Part shown: in pieces, positions 37,154 to 49,290 of the stretch
Numbering within the stretch: the first letter of the stretch is position 1
How the letters are laid out: each line of letters opens with the position of its first letter
DNA from: Octopus bimaculoides
Taxonomy: Eukaryota
Assembly: GCF_001194135.2 (NCBI RefSeq)
Contig: NC_068981.1
Span: forward strand, 128,546,327 to 128,610,326
Direction: 5' to 3'
Length of the DNA: 64,000 nucleotides
Program-made: the position numbers and the translations under genes
The notes under the pieces: model-generated
Database searches by the model: none
What the model saw: only the letters and a program-made list of their open reading frames with translations
What the model was told of the DNA's origin: nothing

Positions 37154-38647
37154 TTGTTGTTTACAACTTCTTCTCAACGTTCAACAAGATTTTCAATACC
37201 TCGTTGGTAGAAATCACCCGATTTCGACTCGAAAAATTGATCCACCCAAGCTCTCAATTCTGCATCAGTATTGAATGAAACTCCGTTGTTGCCAAATCAG
37301 GAGAGTATGGCGGTTGTAGCAGCACTTCCCAGCCATGCGCTTGAATGGCTTCCTTGGTCATATTGGCGATATGAGAGCAGGCATTGTCGTGCAGCAGAAC
37401 TCTATGCTAACGATTAGGTCTTTTCTCTTAAATAGCCATGTTGAGTCATTCCATCTGCTGAACATAGAGTTCTGCATTGACCATTTGGTTCCATTCAAGC
37501 AATTCGTAATGGATAATCCCTTCCCAGTCTCACCATACACACAACATCGTTTTATGCGGATGAAGATCTTGTTTCACGCATGGCATCACTTGTTTACCAG
37601 GGCTAAGCCATTCCTTATGCTGCTTCATATTGATGTATAGGCACTATTTTTCATTGCCAATAACAATTTGGTAAAGAAATCGTTGCTTGTGTCCATGAGT
37701 TGAGCGGTGACGAGCAAGCAAACCAGCGGAGATTGTGGCTCGTTGATTTTTGTTGTTGTCACTTAAAGCATGCGGAACCCATGCTCCATACTTCTAAACC
37801 TTTCCCATTGAGTAAAGATGCTTCTCTCTAGCAGTGTGGGAGCATTTCATTTTCTCTGCCCGTTCCCTTGTCGTTTGACGAGAATTTTTGTGCAAAAGTT
37901 GGTTTAATCGCTTTTCATCAAACTCAACTGCACGACCAGAATGAGGTGTCTTTGAGGTCAGAATTTCCATTTTTGAACTTGGCATACCAATCACAAGCGG
38001 TTCTTTCAGCTATGACNNNNNNNNNNNNNNNNNNNNNNNNNNNNNNNNNNNNNNNNNNNNNNNNNNNNNNNNNNNNNNNNNNNNNNNNNNNNNNNNNNNN
38101 NNNNNNNNNNNNNNNNNNNNNNNNNNNNNNNNNNNNNNNNNNNNNNNNNNNNNNNNNNNNNNNNNNNNNNNNNNNNNNNNNNNNNNNNNNNNNNNNNNNN
38201 NNNNNNNNNNNNNNNNNNNNNNNNNNNNNNNNNNNNNNNNNNNNNNNNNNNNNNNNNNNNNNNNNNNNNNNNNNNNNNNNNNNNNNNNNNNNNNNNNNNN
38301 NNNNNNNNNNNNNNNNNNNNNNNNNNNNNNNNNNNNNNNNNNNNNNNNNNNNNNNNNNNNNNNNNNNNNNNNNNNNNNNNNNNNNNNNNNNNNNNNNNNN
38401 NNNNNNNNNNNNNNNNNNNNNNNNNNNNNNNNNNNNNNNNNNNNNNNNNNNNNNNNNNNNNNNNNNNNNNNNNNNNNNNNNNNNNNNNNNNNNNNNNNNN
38501 NNNNNNNNNNNNNNNNNNNNNNNNNNNNNNNNNNNNNNNNAAAATGATTCAAAAATAGAATTCTCAAAAAAAAATAGATTTCAAAATTTAAAAATGCAAT
38601 AAATTCCAAAATCTTAAAAAACCGCGGGAACTTAGTTGCCAATGCAA
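37154..38647 (-). mobile_element. mariner transposon, decayed, spanning an N-gap
   Basis: SGRAVEFDEKRLNQLLH..RQTTRE, LLHDNACSH, WEVLLQPPYSPDLATT. TIR aacttagttgccaatgcaa|ta at about 38629-38649. Confidence 0.88.
38017..38540. other. Assembly gap (others: 19731-19740, 21021-21030, 37144-37153, 44580-44603, 51652-51693, 60932-61314, 63393-63402)
   Basis: Runs of N. Confidence 1.
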
Positions 38648-38684
38648 TATGTACGTTGACAATCTGTACGCAATACATACATAC

Positions 38685-38720
<36 letters not shown>

Positions 38721-39164
38721 ATATATGTATGTATGTATGTATGAATGTATGTATGAATGTATGTATGTATGTATGTATGTATGCAGTTGGCTTTTTCATT
38801 GTTGGTGGACAGTATTGCAGAGTCAATAATTTAACAACTTCTGCTGTGCCTTGGCTGTTTCGAGAAGCAAGTGCCTAGTCCCAAGTACAATTACCTCCTT
38901 TCCATTCATGGACACTCCACGAAAAAAAAGCAGTCAATATGTTCATAACATCCATAGAGCTGCAGGGGATGCTAAATATTTGTTAAGTATAACTATGCAC
39001 ATCTACCTTAGGGGTCCCTCCTCCAGATTTTCTGGAGGGGTTTATTCCCTTAGCCTTTTTTTTAAGTTATCCCATAAAGTAGTAGGGTTTATTATTATAG
39101 TGGGCATGATTTATGCAGGGCCAATCCCATTCTATTGCCTGTCAAAACTTGTAATGATCTAGTG

Positions 39165-39474
39165 CAGTGGTTCCCAATCTTTTCAGGCTGCCACCCCCTT
39201 GACACCCAGGTCACATTCCTCATACTCCCACCCCAAATAATCATCACAAACATAGATCTCTTTCGGAAGCAAATTTAAAGCAACTGTACATCACAAATAA
39301 AACTTAACCTAATGAACCCATTATTTTGTTGTTTTTACATGAATTACTACCTCATTATCACCCCACTTTTTACATGAATCACTACCCCATTATCATCCCA
39401 CTTTTCTTCAATGTCCTTTTGGAAATTTCCACTGCCCCCAGGGGGAGCAATACTGCCAACTTTGGGAACCACTG
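39165..39474. mobile_element. hAT (Charlie-like) MITE
   Basis: CAGTGGTTCCCAA...TTGGGAACCACTG with a perfect 8-bp TSD atctagtg. Confidence 0.93.
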
Positions 39475-40274
39475 ATCTAGTGTAACATGTGTCATGAGTC
39501 CAATAGTTAACAGGATGCAAGATTTGTATGGAGTTACCTTCTTTTAGAAAATACTTGTTACAGGCCAGATGAGTTAAGGGCTATATGAAAATATGAAGAG
39601 ATCAACTGACTTGAGCCACCCACTTAGAATAACACTGTGGATAAAACATGCAACATCATATTAAATGGTTGTAGTAAGACATTACCAGGAGAAACAGATG
39701 TATTTCCATGGAATCAGTATTATGAGAAAAGAGGTCCTATAACAAGAGAAGTATTATTTGATGTGTGGTATGATCAGAAGGTGGGCATTCTCTCTCATTC
39801 AATAGAGAAGGGCTCAGATTGTTACCAATTGATGATTCATTGAAGAAGTCATTCTATAGATAAAAAGGCAAAGCTTTAGCTCCAGCACATTAACAAGGAA
39901 GGTTTTTCCATGGAGATATCAGGAAAAGTAAACAAGAAATATTTATAACCAAAAAGAATAATTGTTTATCAACAGTTAAAAAATGTCAGGCATCAATGCT
40001 AGTAGGATTTGAACTCAGAATGATGAGCACCAGTAATGTTGCAATATCTGCATGATGGTGTTAGCAGCAAAATTGAATTATCAAGCAGTTATGCTAATGT
40101 ATTTATTACAGAAAAACATTTCAGATTGATTGAATTTGTCTCTTTACTTAACAGTTAATTTGAGGTGGTTTCCAGCAGTTAGAAAAGGAGAAATTTTATG
40201 GTTGGTATTTAACCTTAAACATTAGTGAGAGAATCCATAATTGGAAATCTTTCTTGTTTTCATTACTATTTCAG

Positions 40275-40485
40275 GGTCAATGGGCAAATGATGTAATAAA
40301 TGGATATGGTTGTATCAAACATATTTCTGGTATCACCTACACTGGATTATGGATCAATGGACTTCCAGAAAAAATGGCTACAAAGCTAGCATTTGATATA
40401 CGCATGGATGTTCTAATGGTTGATGAATATGAACCTTTTGACATAGTTGTACAATGCAAAGATGATGAGGATACAATTGTACAAG
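40275..40485 (+). CDS. MORN1: MORN1 internal exon (phase 0-1)
   Basis: ctatttcag| acceptor. GQWANDVINGYGCIKHISGITYTGLWINGLPEKMATKLAFDIRMDVLMVDEYEPFDIVVQCKDDEDTIVQ; weak donor G|gttcag inferred from the frame of the next exon. Confidence 0.9.
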
Positions 40486-42394
40486 GTTCAGTCTTTACTT
40501 ATTTTTGCATCAAGTTTTGTAATTGTAATGATTTCCAATTTTGGTACAGGGGCAGCAGCTTTTAAGGCAAGGGTGAAGTTGATTACATTGACCTCAGTAC
40601 TTAACTGTCACCTATTTTATCAACCCCAAAAGGATGAAAGGCAAAGTCAATCTCGGTGGAATTTGAACTCAGAACAGAAAGACATGCAAAATGCCACGAA
40701 GCACTTTCTCTGGTGTGCTAACAATTCTGCTAGTTCGCTGCCTTAAGTTTTGTATGTATGATGAAAGGAAAAATGTAATGGTGTGACATTAATGCATTTT
40801 TGAAAGACAATAAGCATGTAAAATAAATACAACAGATAACCAAAACTGGGCTGCAGGCTCAAGCTTGCCAGTTGCTTGCCTCAGTTCTATTTCTTAAGCT
40901 CAAGCTAAGTTAATGAAATATTGGTTTCTTCTTAACTCAAGGCTGTTTGACTTTAGAGAGTAAAAATGGAATGTTGTAGCATCCATACTTTTTATAAGAG
41001 TACTATCAGCATAATGAAGATGATATAACTTCATCTGGAGATTGAAACCACTCTGTAATTTCTATATATGGGTAGCATACTTCTTACAGTATTGTACTTG
41101 TCATCAGCTTAACATATATAATGTTTCTGTAGAGACCAATGCTGCATCCAAAGCAAATTTCTACCATTATTTTTGTTGTGTGCTCTGCAATTATCATGAT
41201 CTTATCACTATCAGCATAGCCAAAAGCCAAAAAAGGTCAAACCTCTGTGTAGCCCAGTTTGTTGAATGTCCACTCAGACATCTCAGAAACTACTAAAGCT
41301 AGAAAGCTGAATTTTTCTTTGTTATAATTATTTGACCAAAGTTGTAAAAAATATTTTGCTTTTTGAAATATTAGTATTTTAGCCAATTTTGTAAATATAA
41401 GATACACAACCAATTCCTGTTCAGCATGCTGGGTGAGTTATGGGTCTAAAAGAAGCAAAACCAACCTAACAGAAAATATTTTTTTGGTTAATGTTAGATT
41501 AAATATTTCTTTCACTTATGTAACAGCTGAAATAAGAAAGATGCACATCAAACATAACCAAAATGGGTTTTGGTTTTTTGGTTTTTGTTATTCATATTTT
41601 TGAAATAATTTTGTGTTTAAAATTGGATTATATTTCTATTTAAGTGCTTGAACTGCAATTGTCTTTTAACTATATTATGTATGTCTACATAAAAAGGGAG
41701 ATATTTGAAGATCAAAAGGCCACTGACAAATTTACAAAATGTGTAATCACCTTGCCATTATCTTCATATTTCATACTTTGTGCAAATTTTAACAGTATAA
41801 ATGTTGAAAATTACAGTAGTTGTGTCTTATTATTGTCCCACTCATATCGTTTGATCTGGCTTTAGTTGTGAAACTTACCTACATTCAAAAGCTGGCAACT
41901 TCCTTGATATTGTAAAGGAGTGGTCTTTGTTTGTCAGTAATAACACAGCAGCTAAAATTTGGAAAATATTTGAGCTGGTATTATCTACAAGGCTCACTCT
42001 GAATAGAGGCCTAGTCATAAAAACAATATATTTTATGTTTCTGAGTTTGGTGGGGTTTTTCATTAATGAAAGTCCATTTTATCTATACTAACAGTAGAAA
42101 ATAATGTGAAATAATTAAATGAAAAATATACACCACAAATTCAAACTTTCAGATCAGTCTTTTAGTCACAAATTAACAATGTTTCCTACTCTCATATTAT
42201 TTATGGTAGAAAGGTTATGTTTCATGAAATATCTGCTTTCTAATATATTTTGTAAGACAAGTTAATTCCTATAGAAATTATGATCTGAGCAATCAATCAT
42301 AAAATAAGTTAAAACATCAATTTTTCATAAACACTCTTTCTTTTACCTTTCCAATTAACATTTCTTTATTTTTCTTCTCTTCTATATATATTAG

Positions 42395-42485
42395 AACAAG
42401 GAAGACAAATTGAAGTTTTGCTGGCAATTAAAAATGAAGAAATCAGTGTATTTTCTCTGGAAGAGTCATCATCAATATCACCAGC
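42395..42485 (+). CDS. MORN1: MORN1 internal exon (phase 1-2)
   Basis: Pyrimidine tract and ttag| acceptor, GC|gtaaga donor. EQGRQIEVLLAIKNEEISVFSLEESSSISP resembles vertebrate ESGRVLQISAG (from memory). Confidence 0.8.
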
Positions 42486-43189
42486 GTAAGAATCATACAC
42501 CATCTATAATTTTTTTTATTTGTTGAGAAAATTTGATCATTTACAACATTGTTATTGTTTGTAGTTGTCCAGAATGAGCAATACTGTTACAGTTAAGGTT
42601 TTGTAAATTATAGGCAAACATGTTACGTTTTTATAGGGGTTTTTAAAGGTATGCTGTTTCTTTGTCATGGGAGTTAAGATGATTTTTCCTCATGGAAAGT
42701 CATTCAAGTAAATCATTTATTATTCAAGCATTTTAGAGAGTTATAATTACTATTCAGTAGTCTTATTTTCATCACATGCTTTCACTGCACTATCAAGCAC
42801 AGCTTTGTGTGCCTTGGATATAAGCTCTGATTTATTTTGGTGCTGTTATTTTCACTGTGTTGAAAGTGCTTTACATAGGATGTGTGCAGTGCCTAATAGT
42901 GTTATTTTTCTGTTGAGTTTTTATTTTGTCTATTTCTTTTCTGCTTAGCTTATCCTAGTACTTGCCATGTAAAGGTTTTTCTTGCCATCATTGTATCATT
43001 GTAATTTGTTGTTCCAGTTTTAGTTTTTAGCGGTATTTCGTCTGTCTTTATGTTCTGAGTTCAAATTCCGCCAAGGTTGACTTTGCCTTTCATCCTTTGG
43101 GGTCGATAAATTAAGTACCAATTGCTTGCTGGAGTCAATCTAATCAACTGGCCCCCTCCCCCAAAATTTCAGGCTTTGTGCCTAGAGTA

Positions 43190-43226
<37 letters not shown>

Positions 43227-43651
43227 GAGTGAGAAAGCAGTGCATGCTATCAAAGTGACACTGGGCTACAAATATACAAAGCCCAATACACCCAACATGA
43301 CAACTCATCTGATAACTGTACACCAGGTACATGCATCGCAACCATATGTGCATGACATGATGATCCCATATCAAGATAAACAGCACATGACCTGGCAGGT
43401 GAAGCCCAGACAGAATTTTCTTTGGGTCAAGTAGCTCATTCCACTCAAAAGATCCCTGAATTAGGTTCGTTTAAGGATGATGGATGAAAAAAATGTAAAA
43501 TCCCATAGAAATTTTTGGTCTACTAGGCTAATTTATGGTACCAGATTTCACCATATATGGGAAACATTGCTTCCATATCTTTTACAAAATGATCAGTGTA
43601 AATTGAGAGAAAACCTATTGTAACATTGCCTTTATCCTTTTTTTTTTTTAG

Positions 43652-43713
43652 CCAACATTTTGCAACCTGCTACAAAAATTATCAATATTTTCCACTCACT
43701 GATTACAAACATG
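43652..43713 (+). CDS. MORN1: Candidate next MORN1 exon (3' boundary uncertain)
   Basis: Strong ccttttttttttttag| acceptor. Phase-2 frame is open: (A)QHFATCYKNYQYFPLTDYKH. Either donor G|gtgctt or read-through to TAA at 43761-43763. Confidence 0.4.
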
Positions 43714-44251
43714 GTGCTTGTTCATTGAAGTTGTTGAATGAATACTCTTGTTCATTGAGCTAATGTTTAGAGTTTGATCTTGACTAGCCACCAACAAACT
43801 CATAGGCTTCTTTCTTTAAATTTCCACTCTAGAACCGCTCTCATTATGAGTCAGGATTTTTCACATTCTTGGTGTCTCTAAGGAACTATCCATGTAACTG
43901 CATCTCCTCTAGGACAGCCTTACTTTCACAAATTAACCTGTTTTGTTATGCTCTCTTCCCTTTCAGTTCAACACAAGTAAGTCCTAGTTCTATTGCAGCA
44001 TGTATGCATGTGCGTGTGAGTGTATGTATGTTTGTATCTCCTTGTCTTGACATTGCATAACTGTTGTTAATTAATGTCATTCATTCTCAATATTAAGCAA
44101 AATAAACATGGTAAGCTATGGAAACAAGTAAGAGAACACAGCAGGAAGGGCATCTAGCCATAGAAAATCTGCCTAAATAAACTCCATCTGACCCATGCAA
44201 GTGTGGAAAGGTGGACATTAAAACAATGATGATAGTGATTTCTTAACCAAT

Positions 44252-44910
44252 ATGAAGCCAGTATGCTCCGTTGGATGTGTAATGTCAATGTGAATACCCG
44301 TCAGAGTGTAAGTATCTTGAGAGAAAAGCTGAACATTAGAAGCATCAGTTGTGGCGTGCAAGAGAGACGATTGCGCTGGTATGGACATGTGGTGAGAATG
44401 GAGGAGGATAGCTGCGTGAAAAAGTGCCACACCCTAACAGTTGAGGGAACCCGTGGAAGAGGTAGGCCCAGGAAGACCTGGGCTGAGGTGGTGAGGCAAG
44501 ACCTTCGTACATTGGGCCTCACCGAGGCGATGACTACGGACCGAGACCTTTGGAAATGGGCTGTGCGTGAGAAGACCCGNNNNNNNNNNNNNNNNNNNNN
44601 NNNGTTGCCAGTACCGCCTGACTGGCTCCTGTAGGATTTTCGAGCGAGATCGTTGCCAGTGCCCCTGGACTGGCTTGTGCGGGTGGCACATAAAAGACAC
44701 CATTTCGAGCGTGGCCGTTTTCGTGCGGGTGACACGTAAAAGCACCCACTACACTCTCTGAGTGGTTGGCGTTAGGAAGGGCATCCAGCTGTAGAAACTC
44801 TGCCAAATCAGACTGGAGCCTGGTGTTGCCATCCGGTTTCACCAGTCCTCAGTCAAATCGTCCAACCCATGCTAGCATGGAAAGCGGACGTTAAACGATG
44901 ATGATGATGA
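44252..44910 (+). mobile_element. Young 5'-truncated RTE LINE
   Basis: Uninterrupted MLRWMCNVNV..LRWYGHVVRM..GRGRPRKTWAEVVRQDLRTLGLTEAMTTDRDLWKWAVREKT, then 3' UTR, CCATGCTAGCATGG and (GAT)n. Confidence 0.95.
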
Positions 44911-45166
44911 TTTGGAACTAATGCGATTAAGTAAAATAAAATTCTTTTCTTGCTAAATCCAAGGGGCAGTCTGTCTGATTGTCTGTCTGTCATATTCTAC
45001 TTGAATTTCTGTCGATGTATGCATCTGTCTATTCAAACAATATGGATAAACATTTAAACCAAATAACTAAGAAAACAAAAATAGAAATTTATTGTCTGTT
45101 GCACTATTCTATTGTACTATACCTAAAATCATGTAACTGCTTTCCACTCCCACATTCTTTTCCATC

Positions 45167-45249
<83 letters not shown>

Positions 45250-46501
45250 ATACACTTGGTCTTAATGTGATAACTACTGCTTTCCCCCTACTTCATGCCA
45301 TTAACAACCCTCTCTCCTTTTTCTCTCTTCCTTTAGCTAACCACATGGCAGCATAATGCATTCAGTCTTGGCATATTAATACTTATATTATATTATATTA
45401 ATACATATATTATATTATATTATATTATATTAATACATATATTATATTATATTATATTGTATTATATTATATTATATTATTATTACATGAATGATTTCTT
45501 ATATATAACTCCATTAATAGCTGTTACTTGTACAGATCTCAACACTTGATGTTTCCTGAATTTCTCTGTCTGAAATATGTTGCTATGTTTGTTAAACAAT
45601 GTGCAAAAGCTGACAGCATTACCACCTGTCTTGGATAGCCATACTTTTATGCTAATTATTACTGAATACAAAATTGGTCTTGTAAAACTACTGTTTCACT
45701 TAGCAACTCACTCTGTCTAGTGATACCTGGCTATAACCAATTGCATTTGGCTCTTTCTCATTGTACATGACTCTACTTTTCTCCATCTTAACATTAACTT
45801 TTCAGCTGTGAAATAGTTAGTATCTAAGATCAGCTATTACTCTTAATGTGAATGCCAATGAGATCTGACTAAGAATGTGCAATACCAACAACAATAATGA
45901 CCATACCAACATATCAAGAATTACAACTATATCAGTACTAAAAACTGAAAGAGCAGCCACTGTTATAATATCTGCTATCACTACAAGTAAAATAACAGCC
46001 ATCCTATACTGCTTTCACAGAATTATAATTCCTCTGGAACTCCATGTATAAGATTTGCTTCACATGCTAACTCTCAAGAGTTCAAATTAAACAATGACTA
46101 TATTTGTCCAACTGAGTTATTCCTGTATGCATCTTGGATGACTTGAAAGCTATGGGAATGATTCTTCTCCTAGGTCAGATAAAAAAAAACAGGGCACACT
46201 CAAACAATAGCAAGATATGTATGCAACTAAGCCTTCTATAATAACAGTAGCAGCAACTACAATAATAATAACAATGACAACAATCAGACCACCACCAGCC
46301 ATACTATCAGCATTAACAATAATGCCTAAGAGCCCTGCTTTTCCTATCCAGTCCTTATAAACACAAAAACTTTATATGGACTAAAGCATCAATAGTCTTA
46401 CTAATCCCAAACACTATGCTTGCAGGTAAATGGCTTAAAACAAATACTGAAAAACAATAAGAACACTCCAGCCATCCCTTTTCCACTTAGGGCTGTCTTG
46501 A

Positions 46502-46716
46502 CCCATTAACATTTAAAATAGTCATATCCAGACCAAATATTGTATCTCCTTTATGCACAAACTGACCAGATCTGGCCTCTCACACCTACTTTACAATATC
46601 AAAAATAAACAATCACATTATCAGAATCCTGAAACTACAATATAATACATGATTAATTCAAAACAAAGTGAATATATAAGCATTACATTTGACAGAGTAA
46701 TCTGAATGTGATAGGT
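46502..46716. mobile_element. piggyBac-like MITE (degenerate)
   Basis: Same internal sequence as 364-582 and 24258-24473. Confidence 0.55.
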
Positions 46717-47385
46717 TTAAAGCATGGCATACTTGGCTGTTGCCAGGGGCACCCACAAGTCCTGAGGACAATGCTAATTTATGTATGCTCTGATTTATAG
46801 GGGCCCTAGTGCATTGTTTGCCTGAGGGTAGTTAAGACAACCCTGCCCTCTCTGTGACTACCACCAAAACTTACAGGAATACAATAATGTTAGCAAGGAA
46901 GTCTCTATTAGATAGCTTTAGTTGTTGAGTCTTGCAGAAGCAATGACAAGTGACCGAGATTTCTGGCAATTTTCTGTGCTTGAGAAGTCACATCAAGCTA
47001 AGTGAAATCATGGTTGTGGCCAATACTGGTGACATGTAAAAGACACCTAGTACACTTTCTAGAGTGGTTGGCATTAGGAAGGGTATCCAGATGTAGAAAC
47101 CAAGCCAAGTCCAGACTGGAATCTGGTGTAGTTCTCCAGTGTACCTTCTCCAGTCAAACCATCTAATCCACGCCAGTATCAAAAGTGGATGTTAAATGAT
47201 GATGATGATGATGTGATAGAATTAAATTAACAGCCAAAATTATCACATATCGCAACTTACTCTATTAAAAAAGATGAGATGGTTACAGCTGGAACGTCAT
47301 TGACTAAAGATCTGCTTGCTCAGGGCTGACAGGGAGAGGGGTGCAACACAGCAACATCAAAAATAACAATAGCTATGCTCTAAAC

Positions 47386-47661
47386 CAGGGGTTTTCAAAT
47401 TGTGGTCCGCGGACCACAGGGGGTCCGTGGACAGCAAATACTTTTTATGGGCAATTTGATTTTATATATGTTTTTTAATTGAAATCTTTTAATTGACAAT
47501 AAACCTAATTGTTAAATACTGTTAAATAAATAAATGTAAAATATATATGTTATTTTAAGCAAATATTTATGTATAAATTTCGTAAGCGTTTATAAGGGGG
47601 TCCCGAAGGTAAAGCCTGAAATATAAAGGGGTCCGCAAGTCAAAAAGTTTGAAAACCCCTG
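47386..47661. mobile_element. hAT (Charlie-like) MITE
   Basis: CAGGGGTTTTCAAA...TTTGAAAACCCCTG; TSD ctctaaac/ctctagac (NTCTAGAN target). Confidence 0.93.
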
Positions 47662-48369
47662 CTCTAGACTACAGCCATATCATTGCCATCATTAACAACC
47701 ACAGCATCCTTCCAGTATAATTGTAACCGGCTTATAGACCTCTCAACTTCTTAAAGTTACCAAGATTTTCAAAAGAATTTATTCCACCCCCAGCTTTTCC
47801 AGTTCTCTCTTTGACTCCCACTTATTCCACAATGCATACATTCTCATACCTACACATATATGCAAACACACACACACACACAAGCACACACTTGCTTGTT
47901 CACTCTATTTCGTTTTCCTCCTTCTCTTTCCTCTCCCACTCCCTTTCTTCAGACATTAACAATATTTTAACAAAGTATCTTAGACATTAATTTCACAATT
48001 GTAGTATGTCTGTGGGAGGATTATGTTTAGATGTATGGAAATGTTAAGATAATTGAACCTTGACCTTTACACTTTTGTTGTTGTTGTTGTTGTTTTGCTG
48101 AAACCACAGAAATGTTCTACAGATAAACCATCAGTCAACAAGCTGACACTAGAGGGAAAACTTGAAATGTTAGTGATATGTTAAGTTTTTGTGTCAATAA
48201 GGAAACATGACATCACTGACAGAAGACTTCATCAAGCATGTCATGTTTAGATTAAACACTGTAAGATTCTACAAGAAAGCAGTATTGGATGTTGTTGCTA
48301 GTGGTAGCAGTAATAGTACAGAGAGGGACAATTTTGTTGGAAATTTCTGAAATGGAGAATTCGCCCATC

Positions 48370-48766
48370 ACTATATTCTTAGTTCAAATTCCACTGAAGT
48401 TGACTTTGCCTTTCATATTTTCGGGGTCAGTAAATTAAGTACCAGTGAGACACTGGGGTCAATGTAATCAACAAGTCCCCTCCCACTAAATTTCAGCCAT
48501 TGTGCTTTTATTAGAAAGGAGTATTATTAATATTATTATTATTATTAAGGTAGCAAGCTGGCAGAAATGTTAGTGTGCCGAGTAAAATGCTTAGCGGCAT
48601 TTCATCTGTCTTTATGTTCTGAGTTCAAATTCTTTTGAGACTGGCTTGCCTTTCATCCTTTCAGAGTCAATAAAATAAGTACCAGTTGAGGACTGAAATT
48701 GATGTAATTGATTCATCTCCTGCCCCAAACTTGCGGCCTTGTGCCTAAATTTGAAACCATTATTAA

Positions 48767-48797
<31 letters not shown>

Positions 48798-49029
48798 GTT
48801 ATTATTATTGTAAGGCAGCGAGTTGGCAGAAACGTTAGCACGCTGGGCAATATGCTTTGCAGTATTTCATGTCTTTACATTCTGAATTCAAATTCCACCA
48901 AGGTCGACTTTGCCTTTCATCTTTCCGGGGTCAATAAATTAAGTACTAGTTGTGTACTGGAGTTGATCTAATCAACTGGCCCCCTCCCTAAAAAAATTTC
49001 GGGCCTTGTGCCTAGAGTAGAAAAGATTA

Positions 49030-49064
<35 letters not shown>

Positions 49065-49290
49065 GTAAGGTAGTGAGCTGACAGAATCGTTTATCATGCC
49101 AGGCAAAATGCTTAGCAGCATTTCACCCGTCCTTATTCTTCTGAATTCAAATTCCACCGATGTTGACTTTGCCTTTCATCCTTTCAGAGTCAATAAACTA
49201 ACTACTAGTCAAGTATTGGAGCCGATGTGATCGACTATCCCTCCCCCAAATTTCAGTCCTTGTGCCTTTAGTAGAAAGAATTATTATTAT
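48370..49290 (+). mobile_element. Head-to-tail array of four family-A SINEs joined by (ATT)n
   Basis: Units at about 48370-48525 (truncated), 48548-48765, 48812-49027 and 49066-49280. Confidence 0.88.

Noticed and set aside
37270-37395. Apparent D34E catalytic triad in a mariner element
   Set aside because: After ATT the sequence jumps to GVSFNTDA; the E appears to come from an internal deletion at a GGA microhomology that removed the real third Asp.
41875-42063. Minus-strand ORF NIFQILAAVLLLTN (myosin-motor-like) ending at a perfect AG|GTAAGT
   Set aside because: No other myosin-like exon found; about one such donor per strand is expected by chance in 64 kb.
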